Shown: piece by piece, positions 28,806 through 39,405 of the stretch | Position numbering within the stretch: position 1 is the stretch's first letter | How the letters are laid out: each line of letters opens with the position of its first letter | Assembly (NCBI GenBank): GCA_934167875.1 | Contig: CAKPMC010000006.1 | Coordinates: 16,646 to 80,645, forward strand | Direction: 5' to 3' | Length of the DNA stretch: 64,000 bases | Source: an uncultured Bacilli bacterium | GTDB lineage: Bacteria > Bacillota_I > Bacilli_A > RF39 > UBA660 | The notes under the pieces: model-generated | Seen by the model: only the letters and a program-made list of their open reading frames with translations | What the model was told of the DNA's origin: nothing | Databases searched by the model: none | Made by a program: the position numbers and the translations under genes

Positions 28806-30206
28806 ATGTCAAGTAATAATCTAGAGAACTTTGATTTATCTTTTCTAAAATTAGAAAATAATAACAGTAATATGATTTATAGTCCCATATCTATAAAATA
28901 TGCTCTAGAAATGTTAGCAGATGGTAGTAATGGTACTACTAAACAACAAATAAATGCAATAATAGGAGATTATAAAGCTAACAAATATTCAAATAGTTCT
29001 AATTTATCATTTGCTAATGCCTTATTTGTGAAAGATACATACAGAAATAGTATAAAAGAAGAATATACTTCTATGTTAACTACTAAGTATAATGCAGAAA
29101 TTATATATGATTCATTTACTAATCCCAATAATATAAATTCATGGGTAAATGAAAAAACACTTGGTTTAATCAACAATGCTGTTGATAGTGATTCTTTAAA
29201 AAATAATTTTATTTTGTTTAATGCCTTAGCTATTAATATGAACTGGAAATATAAATTACAGTCTGGCTCAACAGATCCTAATGTTCCAGATATATATTAT
29301 AATGTAAATTATTTACATGAAGATTATTCAGCAGGTATATCACCACTATTTGATGAAGAATCATATCATAGTCTTAAATTCAATAATAACAAGCAAGTTA
29401 AGTCAGTTGAGATTGGTGCTAGTATAAATAATTATGATATAGTTAATACTTTAGGAAGAGATAATATTAAGAAAACTATTACTGAAGAGTTAATTGAATA
29501 TCTAAATGGTGAAAATCCAATTTGGGAAGGTGACAAATCTGAAGAAAATATCAACAATTACGTTGAAGAATTTATTGATTCACTAGATTCAAACTATAAA
29601 GATGTCAAAGTATCTACAGATTTTGAGTTATATACTGATGACAATATTAAAGTTTTTGCTAAAGATTTAAAAGAATATGATGGTAAAAGCCTACAATATA
29701 TAGGTATAATGCCCAAAGAAGAGGAATTAAGTAGTTACATAAAAAATAGTACTTCAACAAGTATCAATAACTTAATAAATAATTTAAAAGAAATTAAATT
29801 AGAAAATTTCACCACTGGAAAAGTAACTAAAATAACTGGATATATTCCATTATTTAAATTTGATTATGAGTTAAACTTAACAGATGATTTAAAAAAATTA
29901 GGTGTAACTGATGTATTTGATGAATCCAAGGCAGATTTATCGAACTTAACTAATGATACAAATGCCTATATTTCTGAAGCTTCACATAAATCAACAATCG
30001 AATTTTCCAATGATGGTATAAAAGCTTCGGCTGTAACAGAAGTTGGTGGTTTGGGAGACGCTTCAGGTGGCTTTGAACATCTTTACGAAGTACCAGTAGA
30101 AATAATAGATATGACTTTTGATAAACCATATATGTTCTTAATAAGAGATAAATCAACAGGAGAAATTTGGTTTGCTGGTACAGTATACGAACCAATTAAT
30201 AAATAA
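28806..30206 (+). CDS. serpin (serine protease inhibitor) family protein
   Basis: N-terminal SPISIKYALEMLADGSNGTTKQQI, hinge/RCL ...GIKASAVTEVGGLGDASGG..., C-terminal KPYMFLIRDKSTGEIWFAGTVYEP serpin signature. Confidence 0.8.
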   Translation: MSSNNLENFDLSFLKLENNNSNMIYSPISIKYALEMLADGSNGTTKQQINAIIGDYKANKYSNSSNLSFANALFVKDTYRNSIKEEYTSMLTTKYNAEIIYDSFTNPNNINSWVNEKTLGLINNAVDSDSLKNNFILFNALAINMNWKYKLQSGSTDPNVPDIYYNVNYLHEDYSAGISPLFDEESYHSLKFNNNKQVKSVEIGASINNYDIVNTLGRDNIKKTITEELIEYLNGENPIWEGDKSEENINNYVEEFIDSLDSNYKDVKVSTDFELYTDDNIKVFAKDLKEYDGKSLQYIGIMPKEEELSSYIKNSTSTSINNLINNLKEIKLENFTTGKVTKITGYIPLFKFDYELNLTDDLKKLGVTDVFDESKADLSNLTNDTNAYISEASHKSTIEFSNDGIKASAVTEVGGLGDASGGFEHLYEVPVEIIDMTFDKPYMFLIRDKSTGEIWFAGTVYEPINK

Positions 30207-30221
30207 TTTGAATAAATTTAT

Positions 30222-30258
30222 CAAACCTTGCTTTTTAAAAGGCAAGGTTTTATTATGA
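30222..30258 (+). terminator. rho-independent terminator after the serpin gene
   Basis: AAACCTTGC-loop-GCAAGGTTT then T-rich. Confidence 0.5.
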
Positions 30259-30339
30259 CAACTTTTGTCTACCAAACCATGAATATATTGAAGAAAACAT
30301 GAGAAAATTATATAATGAAATAGAAAGGATGATACAAAT

Positions 30340-31344
30340 ATGAAAGTAGCAATTAATGGTTTTGGTAGAATTGGAAGACTTGCTTTTCGTCAAATATTTC
30401 ATAAACCTGGCTTTGAAGTAGTAGCAATTAATGACTTAACTTCACCTGAAATGTTAGCCTATTTATTAAAATATGATTCTGCCCAAAAAAAATATGAATT
30501 AGCCGATACTATCAGTCATACCGATGACTCAATAATAGTTGATAATGAGGAAATTAAAATTTTTAAAGAACCTGATCCTAATAATTTACCATGGAAAGAA
30601 TTAGATGTTGATGTAGTACTAGAATGTACTGGTTTCTTTACTTCTAAAGAAAAATCAGAAGCCCATATAAATGCCGGAGCTAAAAAAGTAATAATTTCTG
30701 CACCAGCTGGTGATATTCCAACTATCGTTTATGGCGTTAATGAAAATACATTAACTAATGAGGATAATATTATTTCAGCAGCATCATGTACAACTAACTG
30801 TCTAGCACCTATGGCTAAATTTTTAAATGATTATGCCCAAATAGAATCTGGTATTATGACTACTATCCATGCCTATACTGGTGATCAAATGTTATTAGAT
30901 GGTCCTCACCGTAAAGGAAACTTAAGAAGAGCTAGAGCAGCAGCAGTTAATATTGTTCCTAACTCTACAGGAGCGGCTAAGGCTATTGGTCTAGTTATCC
31001 CAGAATTAAATGGTAAGTTAATTGGTAGTGCTGAAAGAGTACCAGTAACCGATGGTTCACTAACTATTTTAGATGCTGTAGTAAATAAAAATGTTACAGT
31101 AGAAGAAATTAATAATTATATGAAACAAAAATCATCAGAATCATTTGGTTATACTGAAGAAGATGTAGTATCAAGCGATATTATTGGTGATACCCACGGT
31201 TCCATTTTTGATGCAACCCAAACTAAAGTAATATCATTAGGAAATAATCAAACCTTGGTCCAAGTAGTTGCTTGGTACGACAATGAAAACTCATACACAT
31301 CACAAATGGTAAGAGTTGCAAACTATTTAATGACTAAAATGTAA
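30340..31344 (+). CDS. gap: glyceraldehyde-3-phosphate dehydrogenase
   Basis: [11 protein letters not shown] motif, catalytic SCTTNCLAP. Confidence 0.9.
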   Translation: MKVAINGFGRIGRLAFRQIFHKPGFEVVAINDLTSPEMLAYLLKYDSAQKKYELADTISHTDDSIIVDNEEIKIFKEPDPNNLPWKELDVDVVLECTGFFTSKEKSEAHINAGAKKVIISAPAGDIPTIVYGVNENTLTNEDNIISAASCTTNCLAPMAKFLNDYAQIESGIMTTIHAYTGDQMLLDGPHRKGNLRRARAAAVNIVPNSTGAAKAIGLVIPELNGKLIGSAERVPVTDGSLTILDAVVNKNVTVEEINNYMKQKSSESFGYTEEDVVSSDIIGDTHGSIFDATQTKVISLGNNQTLVQVVAWYDNENSYTSQMVRVANYLMTKM

Positions 31345-31415
31345 GATATAAGAGGAGCTTTCCTCTTTTTTTCTTTTGATTATATGGTATAATGTTAATA
31401 GAAAATGGTGATATA

Positions 31416-32597
31416 ATGAAAAAAACTATTGAAGATTTTGATTTAAATAATAAAAGAGTAATAATAAGAGTAGATTTTAATGTACCAATTAAAGATGGTA
31501 TTATAATTGATGATAATAGAATAAGAGAAAGTTTAAAAACGATTAATTATGCTATTGATCATAATGCTAAAGTTATTTTATTATCCCATTTAGGTCGTAT
31601 AAAAAATGAAAGTGATAAGGAAAAAAATAGTTTAAGAATAGTAGCTTCTAGATTAAGTGAATTATTAAAAAGAAATGTAATTTTTATTTCCGAAACTAGA
31701 GGACCAGAACTTGAAAAAATAATATCTAATTTGAATAATAAAGATGTTGTTTTATTAGAAAATACACGTTATGAAGATTTACCTGATAAAAAAGAAAGTA
31801 CTAATAATCAAGAACTGGCAGCGTACTGGGCTTCATTGGGTGATATTTTTATAAATGATGCTTTTGGTACTATTCATAGAAGTCATGCTTCAAATGTTGG
31901 TATTGCTAGTATTTTACCTAGTGGTATAGGTTTCCTTGTAGCAAATGAATTAGATGCTCTTAAAGCCTTAGATGAACCAGTAAGACCATATATAGTAATA
32001 CTAGGAGGAGCTAAAGTATCAGATAAATTAGGAGTAATTAATAATCTAATTAAAAAAGCTGATAAAATTATTATTGGTGGTGCAATGGCATTTACCTTTT
32101 TAAAAGCTAAAGGACTAAACATTGGTAAATCATTAGTAGAAGATGACTACTTATCATATTGTAAAGATTTAATGATAAATTATCCTAACAAACTAGTTTT
32201 ACCTATTGATGTAGTTGTATCTAATGAAATTAGTGCTGCGTCATCAAATAAAACGGTATCTATAAACAATATTTGTGATAATGAAATAGGACTTGACTTA
32301 GGTAAAGAAACAATTGATATAATAAAAAATGATCTAAAAGATGCCAAAACAGTAGTTTGGAATGGACCACTAGGTTATTATGAAATACCTGCTTATCAAA
32401 CATCAACTAAAGAAATATTAAAGTATCTAACAGAAAATAATATTAACACAATTTTAGGTGGTGGCGATATAGTAGCAGCTAGTAGCGAACTTGGCTATAA
32501 AGATAAAGTAACTCATGCTTCAACTGGCGGTGGAGCAACATTAGAATATTTAGAGGGAAAGGTTTTACCAGGTCTTAAGATAATAGATGAGAAATAA
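31416..32597 (+). CDS. pgk: phosphoglycerate kinase
   Basis: RVDFNVP N-terminus and C-terminal GGGA motifs. An extended -10 TGgTATAAT at 31385-31393 suggests the start is the internal Met at 31416. Confidence 0.9.
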   Translation: MKKTIEDFDLNNKRVIIRVDFNVPIKDGIIIDDNRIRESLKTINYAIDHNAKVILLSHLGRIKNESDKEKNSLRIVASRLSELLKRNVIFISETRGPELEKIISNLNNKDVVLLENTRYEDLPDKKESTNNQELAAYWASLGDIFINDAFGTIHRSHASNVGIASILPSGIGFLVANELDALKALDEPVRPYIVILGGAKVSDKLGVINNLIKKADKIIIGGAMAFTFLKAKGLNIGKSLVEDDYLSYCKDLMINYPNKLVLPIDVVVSNEISAASSNKTVSINNICDNEIGLDLGKETIDIIKNDLKDAKTVVWNGPLGYYEIPAYQTSTKEILKYLTENNINTILGGGDIVAASSELGYKDKVTHASTGGGATLEYLEGKVLPGLKIIDEK

Positions 32598-32609
32598 TAA
32601 GGAGATAGC

Positions 32610-33632
32610 ATGAAAAATTTAAAAAAGAACAGTATTATTTTATTAGCCATTACCATTGTTGTACTTATTTGTGTTTTAAAAGATGATTTCAGTAATATTA
32701 TAAACACATTAAGTGGAGCTAACTATGGATGGATTATAATCGCTCTATTATGCTTTTTTGTTGGTATAGGATTTGAGGCTAAAGCTTATCAAGAAATAAT
32801 TCAAGGCTATGAATATGATTATACCTTTAAAAAATCATATCGTATGTTATTAATAACTAAATTTTTTAATGGTATTACTCCTTTTTCATCAGGTGGTCAA
32901 CCAATGCAAATATTCATGTTAAAAAAAGATGGAGTTAGAATAACTAAAGCTACCAATATTATTATTCAAAATTTTATAATTTATCAAGCAGCCTTAGTAA
33001 TGTTTGGTATTATTGCTATTATTATTAATAATTCTCTTAAATTATTTACTCAAGTAACTATTTTAAAACAGTTAGTAACATTAGGCTTTATAATTAATAC
33101 TCTTGTTATGATAGGTTTAATAATAATTAGTTTTAGTAATAAATTTAATCATTTCATTGTAAGTAAAAGTATTAATATTTTAAGTAAGATGAAATTAATT
33201 AAAGACAAAGAAAAAATGCAAGAAAAATGGCGTGAAAAAGTAGATGATTTTCATGAAGGAGCCGAATATTTAAAGAAAAACAAAATGTTATGTTTAAGAA
33301 CTTTTGTATATAATCTAATTTATTTAGCTTTAAATTATGTAATGCCATATTTTGTTATATTAGCTCTAGCTAAAACAGTAACCGATGCAACACCATTAAA
33401 AGCAATTTGTGCATCAGCTTATGTTCTAATAATGGGTTCATTTGTACCAATTCCTGGTGCTAGTGGTGGCATTGAATATGGTTATTTAAAATTCTTTGGT
33501 AATTTTATTGGTGGCACTTTGTTAAAAGCATCTTTATTAATATGGCGTACAATTTCATATTACTTGCCAATGTTAATAGGTGGAATTTTATTTAATATCA
33601 ATATAAAAAGAGGCGAAGAAAAATGCGAATAG
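32610..33632 (+). CDS. flippase-like polytopic membrane protein (UPF0104 / LPG-synthase TM-domain family)
   Basis: About 8 TM segments. Paired with a downstream GT4 glycosyltransferase. Confidence 0.5.
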   Translation: MKNLKKNSIILLAITIVVLICVLKDDFSNIINTLSGANYGWIIIALLCFFVGIGFEAKAYQEIIQGYEYDYTFKKSYRMLLITKFFNGITPFSSGGQPMQIFMLKKDGVRITKATNIIIQNFIIYQAALVMFGIIAIIINNSLKLFTQVTILKQLVTLGFIINTLVMIGLIIISFSNKFNHFIVSKSINILSKMKLIKDKEKMQEKWREKVDDFHEGAEYLKKNKMLCLRTFVYNLIYLALNYVMPYFVILALAKTVTDATPLKAICASAYVLIMGSFVPIPGASGGIEYGYLKFFGNFIGGTLLKASLLIWRTISYYLPMLIGGILFNINIKRGEEKCE

Positions 33633-34888
33633 GAATATTTACTGAAACATACACTCCTTATATTAGTGGTTTAGTTACTAGTGAAGTTATGCTTAAAAAG
33701 GGTTTAGAAAAACTAGGACATGAAGTTTATGTAGTAACAGCAAATCTAGAATCATTTCATTATGAATATGATGAAAAAGAAAGAGTTTTAAAAGTACCTG
33801 GCATTCCAACCGGTATATATGATTCAAGATTAACGGCGGTTTATCCATTAAAAGCCGTAAATAAAATTAAAAGTTGGAATCTTGATATAATTCATTCTCA
33901 AACTGAATTTGCTATAGGAACTTTTGCTAGAATAATGGCTTATCAATTAGATATACCTTTAGTTCATACTTACCATACTATGTATGAAGATTACATTCAT
34001 TATATAACTAAAGGTTATTTTGACAAATCAAGTAAGAAAATAGTTGAATATTTAACTCTTTTCTATTGTGATAAAACAGCTAGTGAATTAATTGTTCCTA
34101 CTAAGAAAACTTATGATTTATTTAAAGAAAAGTATCAAGTAGATAGAAATATTCATATAATCCCAACTGGAATAGAATTAGAAAGATTCTACACTGAACA
34201 GATTGACTCTAAAAAATTAGAATCATTGCGTAAAAAAGAAAAAATTAAAAAAGATGATTTTGTATTATTATTTATAGGCAGATTAGCCCAAGAAAAAAAT
34301 GTTGTTTATATAATAGATGTAATTAAAGATATTATTCCAAAATGTCCTAAAATAAAGTTGTTAATAGTTGGTGATGGACCAGATTTTGAAGAATATAAAG
34401 AATTAATAACTAAATATAAAATAGAAGATAATGTTATTATGACAGGAAAGGTTCCTTGGGAAAAAGTTCCGTATTATTATCACTTAGCTGATTTATTTTT
34501 AACTGCGTCACATACAGAAACTCAGGGTTTAACAGTAATTGAAGCTATGGCTTCAAGTGTACCTCCTATATGTATAGACGATGAAAGTTTCAGAAATACT
34601 GTTGTTGATGGTTTAAATGGTAGAATATTTAATACAGAAGAAGAATGTAAAAACATTATCATCGAATTATATAATGATCCTCAAAAATTGGAAAGATTAT
34701 CTAAACAAGCAAGAATTAATTCAGATCGTTTCAGTTCTAAATATTTTGCTGAATCAGTTTTAGATGTTTATAAATATGCAATAGTTAATAAAAAACAGCG
34801 TACAGGCTTATTTGGAAAACTAGTAGATAAGGTAAAAGGCTCTAAGGAAGAAGTAAAGGATACTAAAGATGAAGTTGATAATAAGTAA
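33623..34888 (+). CDS. GT4-family glycosyltransferase (glycolipid synthase-like)
   Basis: GT-B fold motifs; the E(x7)E region ...TASHTETQGLTVIEAMASSVPPI. Confidence 0.7.
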   Translation: MRIGIFTETYTPYISGLVTSEVMLKKGLEKLGHEVYVVTANLESFHYEYDEKERVLKVPGIPTGIYDSRLTAVYPLKAVNKIKSWNLDIIHSQTEFAIGTFARIMAYQLDIPLVHTYHTMYEDYIHYITKGYFDKSSKKIVEYLTLFYCDKTASELIVPTKKTYDLFKEKYQVDRNIHIIPTGIELERFYTEQIDSKKLESLRKKEKIKKDDFVLLFIGRLAQEKNVVYIIDVIKDIIPKCPKIKLLIVGDGPDFEEYKELITKYKIEDNVIMTGKVPWEKVPYYYHLADLFLTASHTETQGLTVIEAMASSVPPICIDDESFRNTVVDGLNGRIFNTEEECKNIIIELYNDPQKLERLSKQARINSDRFSSKYFAESVLDVYKYAIVNKKQRTGLFGKLVDKVKGSKEEVKDTKDEVDNK

Positions 34889-35543
34889 CCATAAAAATGG
34901 TTTATCAGATGAAAAATTAAATGATTATCTATTAAATATAAATAATCTTGATACATCAAATATTAAATTAATAATTTGTCCAAGTACAAAACACTTAGCA
35001 GCTTTTAAAAATAGTAATTGTATAATAGGAAGTCAGGACATAGAAAATAACAATTTAGAATATTTAAAAAATAATCGAGTTGAATATACTATTGTTGGAC
35101 ATTCTTATAATAGAAAAAAATATAATGAGACAAACACTGAAATTAATATAAAAGTAAAGGAATTAATCAAAAATAATATTATGCCTATTTTATGCATTGG
35201 CGAAGAAACTATGAATCAGTCTAATATCTACCAAATATTAGATGAACAGTTAGAAGAAGGTTTAAAAGATATTAAACAGAAGTTAATCATAGCATATGAA
35301 CCAGTCTGGGCAATTAGTAGTGGTAATATACCAAGTAATGATATTTTAATAGACAGAATCAATTATATTATAAAAAAAGTAGTTGAAATAACTGGAAATA
35401 TGCCATTAATGATTTATGGTGGTAGTGTTAATGAAAAAACTATCTTATCTCTAAAAGAAATAACTGAAATAGATGGTTATTTAATAGGTGTAATTAGTTT
35501 AGAAATAGATAAATTAAAAAGAATAATTGAGGTGGTTAGATGA
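34869..35543 (+). CDS. tpiA: triosephosphate isomerase-like protein (short, divergent)
   Basis: AYEPVWAISSG (cf. AYEPVWAIGTG), GHSYNR (cf. GHSERR), YGGSV. Only 224 aa. Confidence 0.6.
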   Translation: MKLIISNHKNGLSDEKLNDYLLNINNLDTSNIKLIICPSTKHLAAFKNSNCIIGSQDIENNNLEYLKNNRVEYTIVGHSYNRKKYNETNTEINIKVKELIKNNIMPILCIGEETMNQSNIYQILDEQLEEGLKDIKQKLIIAYEPVWAISSGNIPSNDILIDRINYIIKKVVEITGNMPLMIYGGSVNEKTILSLKEITEIDGYLIGVISLEIDKLKRIIEVVR

Positions 35544-35707
35544 TAGCTAGTATTTTTACAGATATATGGGACAAAATTAATCAAGTATTTGGTGATTTTT
35601 ACGATTTTATCATGGAAAATTATGATAAACCATTTTTATGGATTATATTATTTGGTGTTTTATTATTGATTGCTTATGCAACAATAGCTAATTTGACAAA
35701 TAAATAG
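35540..35707 (+). CDS. small membrane protein (55 aa), not in the ORF track
   Basis: ATG overlaps the tpiA-like TGA. One TM segment WIILFGVLLLIAYATIA. Confidence 0.3.
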   Translation: MIASIFTDIWDKINQVFGDFYDFIMENYDKPFLWIILFGVLLLIAYATIANLTNK

Positions 35708-35741
35708 CTAATTCGACAAATATTGACATATGTTGTCAATA
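35685..35741 (+). promoter_or_regulatory. Spo0A-box-like direct repeats (TAGCTAATTTGACAAATA / TAGCTAATTCGACAAATA) plus palindrome TATTGACA-N5-TGTCAATA upstream of spo0A
   Basis: TTCGACA is the reverse complement of the 0A-box TGTCGAA. Lies about 70-120 nt upstream of the spo0A ATG. Confidence 0.4.
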
Positions 35742-35808
35742 TTAGCTGTATCATTTTGTTGAATATTATTATATAATAATACTTGCGTGAAGTACGAAAG
35801 GAGACAAA

Positions 35809-36582
35809 ATGGAAAAAATCAGAGTACTTATGATCGATGATAACATCGAGTTAGTAAGCATGATTAAGGAGTACTTTAATAATCACGCTAGTATAGAGAT
35901 TGTATTAGAAGCAAATGATGGACAAGAAGGTATTGATTTAGCCAAAAAGTATCAACAAAATTATGATGTTATTATTTTGGATTTAATTATGCCTAAGAAA
36001 GATGGCTTATCAGTATTAGAGGAATTAAAAATTGAAAATATTGATAAAAAGATAATTGTTTTAACTTCTTATAATGCTCAAGATATGATTAGAAAAGTAT
36101 CAGAGTTAGGAGTAAATTATTTTATCTTAAAACCATTTGAATTAACAGACTTAGAAAAAAGAATTGAAGATTGCCGTGAAATTAAAAATTATAATAATAC
36201 TTCGATTGATATTTATCATAATAATCTTCAAATATCAATTACTAAAATTCTACATGAATTAGGAATACCATCTCATATTAAAGGGTATCAATATATAAGA
36301 GAGGGAATATCAATTCTTTATGAAAAACCTGAAGTCATTGGTGGAATAACCAAAGAATTATATCCTGATATAGCTTCAAAGTTTGATACAACAGTATCCC
36401 GAGTAGAACGAGCTATTCGCCACGCCATTGAGGTAAGTTGGAATAGAGGAGATTGGGATTTAATGGAAGAAATATTTGGTCACAGTGTTGATATTGATAA
36501 AGCTAAACCAACGAACTCAGAATTCATTGTAACGGTAGCCGATAAATTAAGATTAGAATTTCAAAAGGACTATATTAAGTGA
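35809..36582 (+). CDS. spo0A: sporulation master regulator Spo0A
   Basis: Receiver domain (D..LIMP.KDG) plus Spo0A C-terminal DNA-binding domain [13 protein letters not shown]...[13 protein letters not shown]. Confidence 0.85.
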   Translation: MEKIRVLMIDDNIELVSMIKEYFNNHASIEIVLEANDGQEGIDLAKKYQQNYDVIILDLIMPKKDGLSVLEELKIENIDKKIIVLTSYNAQDMIRKVSELGVNYFILKPFELTDLEKRIEDCREIKNYNNTSIDIYHNNLQISITKILHELGIPSHIKGYQYIREGISILYEKPEVIGGITKELYPDIASKFDTTVSRVERAIRHAIEVSWNRGDWDLMEEIFGHSVDIDKAKPTNSEFIVTVADKLRLEFQKDYIK

Positions 36583-36643
36583 AATAGTTCTTTTTTCTTT
36601 ACATTTTTACTAAAATAATGTATAATATGTCTACGAAAAAGAG

Positions 36644-37939
36644 GTGATGGCTATGGATTTTGCTTTGTTTTTAAAGATGCATTATAATCAAATAGCAGAG
36701 TTAATTAACAACTATAGCTATATAAAAAATAAAGACGTTCAAAAAGAAATTGTAGATATTATTGAAAATGAAGTTTCTAAAGATAAGAATGTATCATTTA
36801 GTACAATAGAAAGCATAGTTTCAGAAAAATACTCTTGTCAATCAAACAAACAACCATCAGATGATAAAGATACTTTAATAGCACTTATTGATCAATTAAA
36901 TAATTATGATGCCGATTTAACTATAGAAGATTACATTCAATTAATTAATGATAATGCTGAGATAGAAGAATGGTTATCAGAATTAGTATCAAGTTTTGAA
37001 GTTAACGATAATGACGAATTAATCATTCCTGCAAATGAAAAGAATAAAAACATAGTAAAGATTTATTGTAGAGAAAATGGTATTTCAATCCAAGGAGAAG
37101 TATCAAATTATTCAGAAAATAATTATAATCAACATTTATATGAAATAAATGAAAGAGCTCTGTTAACAAAAGAAGAAGAATATGAGCTAGCAATAAGAAT
37201 TAAAAATGGCGATAAAGAGGCAAAAAATAAATTGATTGAATCTAATTTACGTTTAGTAAAATCAATAGCCAAAAGATATTTAAATAGAGGTATATCATTG
37301 GATGATTTAATTCAAGAAGGTAGTTTAGGTTTAATAACTGCAGCAGAAAAGTTTGATCCTGATAAAGGATATAGATTTTCAACATATGCAACTTGGTGGA
37401 TTCGTCAAGGAATTTTACGATCTATTTACAATAAAGGAAAAAGCATAAGATTACCAATCAAACTAGAACTAGAAATTAATGAATATTATAATATAAAATC
37501 AAAGTTAATTAAAGAATTGTTTCGTGAACCAACTGATGAGGAAGTAGCGCAAAGAATGAATTTGAGTATAGATAGAATAAAAGAGTTTAAAGTTTATGAT
37601 CGAAAAACAATTTCATTAGATTTAAAAGTTGGTAATGATGAAGATGACTGTTTAGGAGATTTTGTAGCCATAAATAATGGTATGACTACAGAAGATTATG
37701 TGTTAGAAGTATTATTACAAGAAGATGTACAAAAAGTACTATCAAAGTGTTTAACACCATTGGAAAAAGAAATTATAGAATTACGATTTGGAATTAATAG
37801 GAATAACCCTATGACGCAAAATGACATTGGTAAGAATTATAATGTCAGTCATCAGAGAATATGTCAAATAGAAACAAGAGCCATTCAGAAATTAAAAAGA
37901 TTATCAAGCACTAAAAAATTAATAGACTATTATCAGTAA
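36644..37939 (+). CDS. sigma-70 family sigma factor, SigA paralog with extended N-terminal domain
   Basis: Regions 2-4 present ([16 protein letters not shown]..., [11 protein letters not shown]-terminal HTH). The N-terminal ~190 aa is homologous to the N-terminus of the next gene. Confidence 0.7.
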   Translation: MMAMDFALFLKMHYNQIAELINNYSYIKNKDVQKEIVDIIENEVSKDKNVSFSTIESIVSEKYSCQSNKQPSDDKDTLIALIDQLNNYDADLTIEDYIQLINDNAEIEEWLSELVSSFEVNDNDELIIPANEKNKNIVKIYCRENGISIQGEVSNYSENNYNQHLYEINERALLTKEEEYELAIRIKNGDKEAKNKLIESNLRLVKSIAKRYLNRGISLDDLIQEGSLGLITAAEKFDPDKGYRFSTYATWWIRQGILRSIYNKGKSIRLPIKLELEINEYYNIKSKLIKELFREPTDEEVAQRMNLSIDRIKEFKVYDRKTISLDLKVGNDEDDCLGDFVAINNGMTTEDYVLEVLLQEDVQKVLSKCLTPLEKEIIELRFGINRNNPMTQNDIGKNYNVSHQRICQIETRAIQKLKRLSSTKKLIDYYQ

Positions 37940-37951
37940 AGGAGTGATTAT

Positions 37952-39298
37952 ATGGAAATGTCAGTATATTTAAAAAAACATACTAAAGAAATAGCTGAAC
38001 TTATTGAAAAGTATAGTTATGTTGAAGATGTTAATGTACAAGAAGTAATACTTAGTATTATTGAAAATCATCTTAAAAAAAATCAGAATGTATCATTTGA
38101 AAATATCACTAAATCTGTTGACAAATTTTTTGAAGTAAAAGATGCTAAAAAATTATCACCAACAGAGTTAACTAATAAATATGTAAGACAGTTGATTGAA
38201 GGTGGCACAGAAAATATTTTGTTACCATTCTCTAAAAGACTAGTTGCCTATAAAGTTCAATTAGATCCAGAAGATTATTTAGAAATTATTAAAAACAATA
38301 AAATAATAAAAACGGAGTTGCAAGAATTAATTGATAGTTATGACACTAATGACAAAAATGAAGTTATTTTACCCAAAAATTTTGCTAATTACCATTTAAG
38401 AAACTTAATAGAAGGATATTGTTTATTAAATAAAATAGAAATATATGAACCTCAACTAATTGAAAATGATCCTACAATGACAGATGATATAAGATTGTAT
38501 TTAAAAGAAATAAGTAAAGTACCATTATTAACTAAAGAGTTAGAATATAAATATGCTGTTGCTACCAAAGCTGGTGATGAAATAGCTAGAAAAAAATTAA
38601 TTGAATCTAATCTACGTTATGTTGTAGCTATAGCTAAAAAATATATAGGTAGTGGAATGACCTTATTAGATTTAATCCAAGAAGGAAATATTGGCTTAAT
38701 GAAAGCTGTAGATAAGTATGATCCTGAAATGGGATATAGATTTACTACATATGCAACCTGGTGGATACGACAAGCTATTACTCGTTCGATAGCTGATCAG
38801 TCTCGAACTATTAGAATACCAGTTCATTTACATGATAGAGTCAACAAAATGAATAGAGTATCAAAATACTTATATCAAAAGTTAGGCCATGATCCAAGTG
38901 ATGAAGAACTAGCAAAAGAATTAAATTTAACTGTTAAAGATATATTAGATATGAGACAGATAAGTCAAGAATTAGTATCATTAGAAAGACCTATAGGTGA
39001 GGATGAAGATGATACTGTTGGCCAATTTATAAGTGATGATAAACCAACACCAGAAGAAGAAGCAATCAATAATAAATTTCAAGAAGAAGTAATTAAACTA
39101 TTAGATTGTTTGACAGAAAGAGAAAGAAAAGTTATCGAACTTCGTTTTGGAATAGGAGTACCTGAACCTATGACACTTGAAGAAGTTGGCCACATATTTG
39201 GTGTAACAAGAGAAAGAATTCGCCAAATAGAAGCCAAATCATTAAGAAAATTAAGAAGTCCACTTAGGTCAAAGCACTTAAGAGGATATATTGATTAA
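37952..39298 (+). CDS. sigA: primary-like sigma factor (RpoD/SigA-like)
   Basis: Regions 1.2-4.2 match the RpoD consensus closely ([67 protein letters not shown]). Confidence 0.8.
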   Translation: MEMSVYLKKHTKEIAELIEKYSYVEDVNVQEVILSIIENHLKKNQNVSFENITKSVDKFFEVKDAKKLSPTELTNKYVRQLIEGGTENILLPFSKRLVAYKVQLDPEDYLEIIKNNKIIKTELQELIDSYDTNDKNEVILPKNFANYHLRNLIEGYCLLNKIEIYEPQLIENDPTMTDDIRLYLKEISKVPLLTKELEYKYAVATKAGDEIARKKLIESNLRYVVAIAKKYIGSGMTLLDLIQEGNIGLMKAVDKYDPEMGYRFTTYATWWIRQAITRSIADQSRTIRIPVHLHDRVNKMNRVSKYLYQKLGHDPSDEELAKELNLTVKDILDMRQISQELVSLERPIGEDEDDTVGQFISDDKPTPEEEAINNKFQEEVIKLLDCLTERERKVIELRFGIGVPEPMTLEEVGHIFGVTRERIRQIEAKSLRKLRSPLRSKHLRGYID

Positions 39299-39299
39299 A

Positions 39300-39330
39300 G
39301 ATACAAATCATTGTATCTTTTTTCTTATCT
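39300..39330 (+). terminator. rho-independent terminator after sigA
   Basis: AAGATACAA-loop-TTGTATCTT + TTTT. Confidence 0.5.
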
Positions 39331-39405
39331 TTTATTACTTCAATTGACATTATTTTGAAAGAAAACTATAATAGAATTATAAATAATGTAAGGAGGATAC
39401 GATTT

